From IMG/VR virus record IMGVR_UViG_3300022912_000002: a stretch of DNA of 50,100 bases; one strand, written 5' to 3'. Below, in pieces: positions 8,154 to 16,300 of this stretch. Below the pieces are notes generated by a model. The model was not told the origin of the DNA. It searched no databases and was given only the letters and a program-made list of their open reading frames with translations. The stretch is from a virus. How positions within the stretch are numbered: the stretch's first letter is position 1; each line of letters opens with the position of its first letter. A program made the translations under genes and the position numbers.

Positions 8154-9437
8154 ATGGCACCAACTATTGGAGTCAAGGATTCGTTTGCAGGGGGTAGCCT
8201 CGGCACACTTTATACAGACCGTAGAAATTTCTACTTAAACCCGAACATGGTTACTGAGCTATGGCCTAGCTCAATTCCTTTTACCACTTTCTCGCGGAAG
8301 ATGAGTAAGAAGAAAACTGGTGATCCTGATTACAAAATGTTCAAGCATGACAGCGAATGGGAAGATATGAAATTCGTTGTTAAGGCTGGCTACACTGATA
8401 CGGCTCTCCCTGCCGCTAAATCATCCCTCGCGGATGTCGATGTTGACATTGACGGTTCAACCTCCATCGTGCCTTACGTTGGATTGAAGGTTGACATCTA
8501 TGATTCAACACTCGCGACCTATAAAGGTCAGGCAATTGTGAAATCAGTCGATACGGCTGCTGACCACATTGATATCGTTGTTACCGACCGTTCTGGTACT
8601 CCCGATGTTGTTGCTGGTGACTACATGTTAGTTACTGGTCACGCTTCTGAGGAAGGCAGTGGAAGTCCTGAAGCCTGGGCAGACGACTTGGAAACAAGTT
8701 GGAACTCCGCAGGTATCTTCAAGACTTCTGTTGAAGTTACTGGAACACTCTATGAAATGGCACTCCGTGGCTATTCCAAAGAGTTTGCACGTTTACAGGT
8801 TCAGAAGCGACACGAACATGCGATTAAAGAGGAAAAAGATTATCTTTTCTCACGCAGAATTGGTGGAACCGCTTCTGCTCCTGATCATGCTGTTGGAGCC
8901 AACGGCAAACTGATTCGTACCACTCATGGTGCGGTGCCAATCCTCAAGGGTGAAAGTCGTAACTACACCGTTGATACTTCAAGTCCATCTGAAGGAAGTG
9001 TATGGCAACAGTTTGTGAAAACTGCCAAAGATTCTATCTTTGAATACTCCAATGAGAAGGGTATCAAATACGGATTTGCAGGAGATGGATTCCTGTATGA
9101 AGTAGACAAGATGGTTGATGCGAAAGTCACTCGTTTTGTCAAGGGTAAAGAGAACCGCTTCGGTTTCGATATCCGTACCCTGGAAACACCCTTTGGTATC
9201 CTGAAGCTTGTTCGTAGTCCTTTGCTGACTCGAACTCACGGTGGGATCTATACCAACGAGTGTTTGATTGTTGACCCCGAAACCATTTCTCACGTTACCT
9301 ACCGTCGCTCAAAGTACCAGAGCAACATTCAGGCTAACGATATTGATGGTCAGAAAGATCAGTATTTTTCTGATTCGGGTATTGCGATTACTCAACCTAA
9401 GAAATCCTGTATGGTGAAATTCGCCGCAGTAGCTTAG
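8154..9437 (+). CDS. Major capsid protein
   Basis: Strong SD (AGAAGGAG). 427 aa, located after the scaffold gene. The N-terminal DPDYKMFKHDSEWED segment is typical of HK97-fold capsid proteins of this gene order. Confidence 0.8.
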   Translation: MAPTIGVKDSFAGGSLGTLYTDRRNFYLNPNMVTELWPSSIPFTTFSRKMSKKKTGDPDYKMFKHDSEWEDMKFVVKAGYTDTALPAAKSSLADVDVDIDGSTSIVPYVGLKVDIYDSTLATYKGQAIVKSVDTAADHIDIVVTDRSGTPDVVAGDYMLVTGHASEEGSGSPEAWADDLETSWNSAGIFKTSVEVTGTLYEMALRGYSKEFARLQVQKRHEHAIKEEKDYLFSRRIGGTASAPDHAVGANGKLIRTTHGAVPILKGESRNYTVDTSSPSEGSVWQQFVKTAKDSIFEYSNEKGIKYGFAGDGFLYEVDKMVDAKVTRFVKGKENRFGFDIRTLETPFGILKLVRSPLLTRTHGGIYTNECLIVDPETISHVTYRRSKYQSNIQANDIDGQKDQYFSDSGIAITQPKKSCMVKFAAVA

Positions 9438-9520
9438 GCTAGTCTTTCTTCGCGTGTGGTGTGGGGGGTGTTTCGGCATCCCCCTAATCCATATACAACA
9501 ATCAAATATCCGAGGGTCTT

Positions 9521-10174
9521 ATGAACGTGTTAGCCATGCTCAATCGACTTCGCCATAGGCTAGAGGATCCAAATGACCGCACATGGGAAGCCGACGACAA
9601 GATTGATGCCTTAATCGATGCAGAATCGATTGTATTATCCAGGGTACGCCCTGAGATAGTAAAGCAAGTTTTAGGTACAACCGCTGACCAGACTTTAGCT
9701 GGTTCTGTTCCGAATACTACTTTCCCTGCTGACCTTTTTCGTGATGCTATTACGAGTATCACCTATTCAGCCTTTGCCAACTATGCCTTTAAGCTTATTG
9801 ACCGTGACGATTCCGCGAAGTACACGAATAAATTTTTAGTTCCCTCTAGGCGTAAACCGATTGGCTTTGTTGATAACAATGTATTCTATTCATTGGTTCC
9901 CAATGATGCAGGCCAATCAGTTAAGTTGAATTATATCAGACAACCAAAGACACTTGTGTTGAACTCCCCAGGTACAGGTGAAGTGGACACTTCTGAGCTT
10001 CCTGAGAATCTTCATGTTTTGATTTGCTTAGTTGCTGAGTCAATTTGTTGGAGAGCAGACGATGAGCCTGAACGTGTTGCATTGTCGGATAGAGCAGCTG
10101 AAGTGATCTTCCAAGATTTAGTCAGGCGTGAAACGGCTAGTGAAGTCAAAAAAGATGAAAGGCCGAACCGATGA
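9521..10174 (+). CDS. Hypothetical virion protein (possible head-tail adaptor)
   Basis: Position directly downstream of the capsid gene. 217 aa. Confidence 0.6.
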   Translation: MNVLAMLNRLRHRLEDPNDRTWEADDKIDALIDAESIVLSRVRPEIVKQVLGTTADQTLAGSVPNTTFPADLFRDAITSITYSAFANYAFKLIDRDDSAKYTNKFLVPSRRKPIGFVDNNVFYSLVPNDAGQSVKLNYIRQPKTLVLNSPGTGEVDTSELPENLHVLICLVAESICWRADDEPERVALSDRAAEVIFQDLVRRETASEVKKDERPNR

Positions 10175-10500
10175 CCACTCAAGATCTATATGATGCAGTT
10201 GAATTGCGGTTCCCCGATATGACCCCTGCGTTATTCTATGAAGCTGTGAATTTAGCAACTTCTGAGATTATTAATGGGAGTTTGCTACTAAGGGAAACGG
10301 CTTCAGTCGTAACAGTAAAAAATCAGCGATTCTATGCCTTGCCTGATGATTGCATCCAGATAGATAGAATCCATTTAGCTGATGAAGAAATCTTTCCAAT
10401 CAGCCCTACCCTCGTAGACGGTGCAGGAAATGTGGTGGAACCACCAGTTTCAGAGATACCCGAGTGGACTGGGCCAATTAGAGTCGGAGGAGAATCATAA
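10171..10500 (+). CDS. Hypothetical virion protein
   Basis: ATGA overlap with the upstream gene. Lies in the structural block. Confidence 0.6.
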   Translation: MTTQDLYDAVELRFPDMTPALFYEAVNLATSEIINGSLLLRETASVVTVKNQRFYALPDDCIQIDRIHLADEEIFPISPTLVDGAGNVVEPPVSEIPEWTGPIRVGGES

Positions 10501-11633
10501 TGACTTGGGCAAAAAATGTGAATGGTGACCTCGTTGTTATCGAGACTTTAGATGCAATTCCTAATGGTGTTGCATTTGTTAAATCTGAGAAGAATTTTAC
10601 TGCTGCTTTAGAGTCGAAACTCATAGCTCTTTCCGCTACACCTCAAACGGCTGATGAAGTTGTTACCCTGCTGAATACTGCTTCATTGAAGATGAGCGCA
10701 GATGTATTGGAAGCAGGCACAACCAATAAGCTCTTGACTGCTACGGCATTGGCAGGCGCAGACCTCGCGGCTACTCACCTTGAAGCGGGTGGAGTCAAGT
10801 CAACGGCTCAGATTGGTGGAACTGTTGCAAGTGATATTGAAACGAAGGCCAATGATGCTTTCCAAAAAGGTTCTGATACACTTGATGATGTTGTTGAAGG
10901 AACCTTAAAGAAATCTGTAAATGCTGAGTATGTTGGCACAAGTGGTGAGATTACTGCAATCCATGATGGAACCACTAAACGTGGTGTTGGGGTTGCAAAC
11001 GGTATTCCAATTATGGATGCTAACGCTCGCATTGGCTCAACCACACTTCCAGAAACCGCTCTCGTTGCTGATGGTGGTGGAAAAATTGTGAAGTCCGATG
11101 GTGGGGCTACACCAATGAAGATTGATGATTTGGCCTTTACTGGTGATTATAAGCCAGTTAAAACCAAAACTGGTGAAGAAGATTTGCGAACGAATACCTT
11201 GTTTAGTGATCCTCTGCTCTCACTTACTGGTGGAGCAACCCAACGATTGTATAACACTCAGTCTACGGCATGGACAATGTTCTGTGCAATTCCAGTAGTG
11301 TTTGACAACCTTGATTTGAATCTGAAAATGAAGATTCTTGGTCGTCTTGTTGCTGGTTCACAAACCCCAAAAGGCTACATCCGAATTATCTGCCGTGACG
11401 ATGATGGTGGAAAACCTGATGATAGTGTATTTGTGAACAATTACACCGAGATTGAAATCACGGATGCTGTATTTAATCGTGGTGACATAACCAAGTTAGA
11501 CTTCTTTAATGCGTGGAGCTTAACCGAGGGTGAAATGTACTGGCTGACCATCGAGGGTAAGGTGGATGATGCTAGTGATGAACTTGAAATGGCGGGTCCA
11601 CTTATCTACACTGAATCAAAGATTCTCTCATAA
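10500..11633 (+). CDS. Fibre-like structural protein
   Basis: Shares the motif EKNFTAALESKL (nt 10587 onward) with TEKNFTSALKSKLDGI of the 1764-aa fibre (nt about 16550). The middle is Ala/Gly/Thr-rich and a C-terminal globular domain follows. Confidence 0.55.
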   Translation: MTWAKNVNGDLVVIETLDAIPNGVAFVKSEKNFTAALESKLIALSATPQTADEVVTLLNTASLKMSADVLEAGTTNKLLTATALAGADLAATHLEAGGVKSTAQIGGTVASDIETKANDAFQKGSDTLDDVVEGTLKKSVNAEYVGTSGEITAIHDGTTKRGVGVANGIPIMDANARIGSTTLPETALVADGGGKIVKSDGGATPMKIDDLAFTGDYKPVKTKTGEEDLRTNTLFSDPLLSLTGGATQRLYNTQSTAWTMFCAIPVVFDNLDLNLKMKILGRLVAGSQTPKGYIRIICRDDDGGKPDDSVFVNNYTEIEITDAVFNRGDITKLDFFNAWSLTEGEMYWLTIEGKVDDASDELEMAGPLIYTESKILS

Positions 11634-11649
11634 ATATGTGGGGTAAAAT

Positions 11650-11994
11650 ATGACACAAGCTTATAGATGGTATGTGAGTAACACAAACGGAATTGGAATA
11701 GCAAGATTCGTTGAATCTTCCAACGTATGGCAGTCTCCCCAGGAAACTGACTTGACAATTCGGCTTCACTATCGCAAAGACCATCCTCTTGTAACATCGA
11801 TGGAAACTCCCATAGAAATACCTCGAAGGTATCACGGGATATTGCTTCATGGTGTGATTGCCAATCTTACTGAGATACTTGGTGGGAAATCTGGTATTAA
11901 TCGACAACACTTTGACAGGGGTATCATGCAGATCAAAAAGGATACGATGAAGGGTGTTAAAACAAGACATACAATGGTGAGTTACAATATCTAA
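11650..11994 (+). CDS. Hypothetical structural-module protein
   Basis: ORF in the same-strand, tightly packed block. Confidence 0.55.
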   Translation: MTQAYRWYVSNTNGIGIARFVESSNVWQSPQETDLTIRLHYRKDHPLVTSMETPIEIPRRYHGILLHGVIANLTEILGGKSGINRQHFDRGIMQIKKDTMKGVKTRHTMVSYNI

Positions 11995-12248
11995 TGATTA
12001 ATCAGCTCCGAACAGAAGTCAACCGTATTAAATCGGGCAACACCAAAGTAGGTGCTGCAAAAAGTGCTGATGATGCAAACAAGCTTGAAGGCTCAACCAA
12101 ACAAGAAGTTATTGACCTAGCAAGAAGCGAAGTCGACTTAGATGGTGTTGAATTTGTTCGGTTCAATAATGTGGTTTCACTTGGGCCACCAGTAGAGGGC
12201 AAAACAATGTTTTCAGGTTCGAGTCAATACATAGCGATTAGCGAATAG
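11994..12248 (+). CDS. Hypothetical structural-module protein
   Basis: The start overlaps the upstream stop (TAATG). 84 aa. Confidence 0.5.
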   Translation: MINQLRTEVNRIKSGNTKVGAAKSADDANKLEGSTKQEVIDLARSEVDLDGVEFVRFNNVVSLGPPVEGKTMFSGSSQYIAISE

Positions 12249-12256
12249 GAGCAATT

Positions 12257-13132
12257 ATGGCTATACAATGGAAAAAAGTATTATTAAGTGGTGATGTGGT
12301 CAATGCCGATATCAATGCAAGTGCCGCAATCGCAACCTCAAAACTTAGTGGGGCGTTAACCGCAGTCGCGAATCATGGTCTTGGAACTGTGGCAGGGCTT
12401 GACACTGGCCTTATTGCAGGTACAATCCCAATTATCGGTGCTGGTGGGCTTGAAGCTGAAGAAGTTTTGGTTATTAATGGCGCGGGAACCGAGATGGTGG
12501 GTGTTGCTCAATCCGATGCTTTTAACAAACCATTTGGTACGATTGCCAACACTATTGCCGAGGGTGATCATACTCACTCATTGTTAAGTCACTCTTTTAC
12601 GAATCATTCTGACATCGCAATCAACGCTCCATCAGCAGGCCATGTGATTTACTATAATGGTGGTACCTGGCTAAATGCAACTATCGCGGGGGCTGGTCTT
12701 GCCACAGCAGGTCACAATCATACTGGAACCTATGCCCTGCTTGCAGGTGACATTACACAAGATTTCTCAGTTAAAAATCTGACCGTTGCAGGCGATATTA
12801 CTCAAACTACGGTTTCTGAATTACAAGTATCTGACAAGCTTGTTACTCTCGCCTATGTAGATGGTGGGAATGGAACCCCTGCTCTTGGTAATGGTGCTGG
12901 AATCCAAGTTGATACTTCTAGTGATGAAGCTGAATTTCCAACAATCTATTGGGATTCCACAACAGGTTGGAAACTCAAACAAGGATTTGACATCGATGGT
13001 AATGTTGAAAAAGCTTTGCCAACAGTTCGCTCTCATGCGACTGCCGCACCAAGCTCTACAAGTGGCGTTAACGCTGGCGATTTATGGAATAAAATTAATA
13101 CCAATGAAATGTATATAGCCGTAGGCGGCTAG
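12257..13132 (+). CDS. Tail fibre protein (short, 291 aa)
   Basis: The N-terminus MAIQWKKVLLSG is shared with the 1764-aa fibre. HxH motifs GDHTHS and GHNHTG are present. The LQVSDKLVTLAY...AGIQVD...IYWDSTTGWKL segment is typical of phage fibre shafts. Confidence 0.75.
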   Translation: MAIQWKKVLLSGDVVNADINASAAIATSKLSGALTAVANHGLGTVAGLDTGLIAGTIPIIGAGGLEAEEVLVINGAGTEMVGVAQSDAFNKPFGTIANTIAEGDHTHSLLSHSFTNHSDIAINAPSAGHVIYYNGGTWLNATIAGAGLATAGHNHTGTYALLAGDITQDFSVKNLTVAGDITQTTVSELQVSDKLVTLAYVDGGNGTPALGNGAGIQVDTSSDEAEFPTIYWDSTTGWKLKQGFDIDGNVEKALPTVRSHATAAPSSTSGVNAGDLWNKINTNEMYIAVGG

Positions 13133-13165
13133 TTTACCCTATAACGCGAAGAAAAAGGAAAAAAG

Positions 13166-13387
13166 ATGAACGACAAGAAAAAACCCGAAGCACCAGTAGA
13201 AGTACCTACGTTGGAAATGCCTACCTTTGAGCCTCAGGAATGGAACTTCATTTCTCAGTCGGTAGCTTCAGTTTCAATCCCCGCCAACAGCGCAAAAGCT
13301 TTTGTAGCGTTGCAGGACAAGCTTGATGTAGTGAGAGATTACTTGATTCAGGAAGGTCTTGTTCTCCCCGAAGGCATCGAGGGATAG
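13166..13387 (+). CDS. Hypothetical small protein between the two fibre genes
   Basis: AAGGAAAAAAG lies before the ATG. 73 aa, acidic. Confidence 0.55.
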   Translation: MNDKKKPEAPVEVPTLEMPTFEPQEWNFISQSVASVSIPANSAKAFVALQDKLDVVRDYLIQEGLVLPEGIEG

Positions 13388-13393
13388 TATTAA

Positions 13394-16300
13394 ATGGCGA
13401 TACAATGGAAGAAAGTTCTTCTATCGGGTGGTGCCTATACCGACCTTTCTGATTCTAGCAAGATTGGTGCAGGTTCCACCCAAGTCGCCCCAGGTATTCA
13501 CACCCACAAGACTGTATGGAGTGATGATACAAGAAGCACCGACCACCTTCCCAATTCGCTTGAGCGTGGTATCTATCCTCATTTCAAGGGGAATGGTACT
13601 GATGGTCTGAATGATGGCGGTACTTATCACGGAGTGATCCATTGGAAATCCTATGGTAGTGCTTCTGATATGTCGGGTGGCTATCCGATGCAACTTGCCT
13701 ACACAGCCAATGGCAATCTTCATGCTCGATTCGGTGCAACATCTTCAACCTGGAATAGTTGGAAAAAGCTTTCATGGGATGGTCATACCCACACTGTTAA
13801 TGGAAATGATTGGTCTGGTGCAGACCTAGCCATAGTGGATGGTGGAACAGGTGCTTCTAGTGCCAGTTCTGCCCGAACTAATCTAGGTGTTGACTCATCG
13901 GGTGAGGTAGATACGAAGGTTGCCACCAAGCTAGGTGCATCTTCATCCCCAACTTTAACTGGATACTGGACTTTTAATCAGGATCTAAAAATAATTGGTA
14001 GTCACTCTCTTGACATGTTCGATGGTGGAACAGGCTTCTATCACCAAGATGCAAGGCAAGACACAGGCGACCTAGCACCGAAAATCCACAAGTACCGTGT
14101 CAAAGATGGTGGTGGATATGTCACCTATAAAGAAAAATGGTACGATGGGTCAGCTTACCATGAGCTAGAAATGACACCATCGGGGCTAGAATTGGATGGA
14201 ACGCTTGTGTCGCTTGATGGTCACAACCATGACTCTCGATATTATACCGAACTAGAAGTAGATGATGCCGTTGACCTTCGCCTAGCCAAAACAGGTGGTC
14301 AAATCACTGGTAATGTCAAGGCTACTGGTGAGGTATGGGCCAATTCATCTGTTGATGCCAATGAAGGCATCATGATGCGTGTCACCAATACCACTGATAA
14401 CAATGTTTCTAGCCAGTTATTCTTTGTTGAGAATGATGCCCTTAATTATGGATTCAGCTTTGACTATAATGGTCACTCCACTAATGTATTCTCGCTCAAG
14501 TCATACAATGCTTCAACTACTGGGTTGGACATTTTTGACGTTCAGCGCAATTCACGCGTATTAGACTTCAAGGTTGCACCGACGATAAACGGTAGTTCGC
14601 TTTCGTCGCTCTATCTACCCCTAACTGGCGGCACACTTTCGGGGAACCTATCAATCTCAAGGGGCGCAAATTCCAATCAGCTTTTACTCGAATCTAACGA
14701 AGGACAATGGAAGTACCTAAGATTCAGAGACGAAAATGGAGACTCTTATTATTGGGATATTGGGTACAATCAAACCGATGGTTCGGGCGGCTTCCAGATA
14801 CGCCCGTCAGGGTCAGGAACAAACGCCCTGGTTTATAGCAAGACAGGCAATCTTTCAGTCTCCTCTATTACGCTACCAACCACTAAGCCAGTATATCTTT
14901 CTGCCGATTTGGATACATATATTCGAGAGTATTCTGATAATGTAATTCAGCTAGTTACTGGTGGAACAGAAAGGGTTAGGATAGACAGTAGTGGTATAAA
15001 GGAAAATGGCACTTACCTTTCAACTAAATATGCCCTAGCTCACACACACCCATACAACAATTACGTTCATCCAACGACCCCTGGGAACAAGCATATCCCA
15101 GACAATGGTAGTGGTGGGCAAATACTCTTATACTCAGGTGATGGTACTGTTGCATGGCATACACCCACATGGAATAACTATGTATTGACCAAAGCAGGGG
15201 TTGAAGCGGTTCTGACTGGTGCCATTAGTTCGCACACTCACTCATACTTGGGATTGACTGCTAAAGCAGCCGACTCCGAAAAAGTGGATGGTATCAATGG
15301 TGCATCCTTACTTCGGTCTGATTCTGAAGATGCCTACACGCCTAAACGTCTAAATATTGGTGCTTCCTCAAATTGGGATGTTGGCAATCTCAATGGTTCA
15401 AATACTTCAATCACCAACCTTCACTTTCAGGGTCACGGAGACTTTTGGATAGGTGCGGGTAATTCAAGTTGGCATACAACCCCAGTTACGTCACATCACG
15501 ATTTATTAATTAATACAATGCAGGATAGTGGAAGTAATATTCGGGGAATAACTTTTACTGCCAGTCTGTCGGGTTCTAGCGTGTATAAGCTAGGTCGTTG
15601 GTTCTCAAGCACTTCCGCCGCAGGATCTAGCCTTGCTGTCTATGGCGCACTAACAGTCGCACAGAATTTAACAATCAGCAAGCAACTCATTTCCTCTATT
15701 GCAACTGGTACTGCACCATTCACAGTCGCTTCAACCACTAAGGTCGCTAACCTAAATGCAGACCTACTGGATGGTCTTAGTTCAACACATCTTGTTAGAC
15801 AAGACACCTATGGAACCAATACCATATACAGTAATCATATCATGGTATCAGATGGTGGCACATCGAATAGAGACTACATTCGCCATGATGATTCCCTAAA
15901 CCGATGGCATTTAGTCAGTGATGGTGCAACAGGCGCAACTGGCAATTCAGATCTACAAATCAAAAGCCTTTATGTCTCTGGCACGGTAGATGGCAGAGAT
16001 GTAGCAACAGATGGTTCAAAGCTTGATGGGATTGCTGCAAGTGCTAACAACTATTCGCATCCTGCATCTCACGCCATATCATTCATTACTGGGCTACAAA
16101 CCGCCCTAGATGGTAAGCAAGCTACTCATAGTCATCCATATCTCGCTTTAGCAGGCGGTACCATGACTGGACTAATCACTTCTACCCCAGGGAACAACAA
16201 GGCTTTCTTCACCTATACTGGCAAGGGGTCTACTGGACTCACTACGAATGTCATAAATTTTGGTGGTGCTGAAGCTATTGGCATCCCAGGTGTTTCGGAT

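Noticed and set aside
9463-9484. Hairpin GGGGGGTG-tttcgg-CATCCCCC after the major capsid gene as a terminator
   Set aside because: The stem has a mismatch and is followed by TAATCC rather than a U-tract. It may attenuate or stabilise the transcript, but I cannot support a terminator call.
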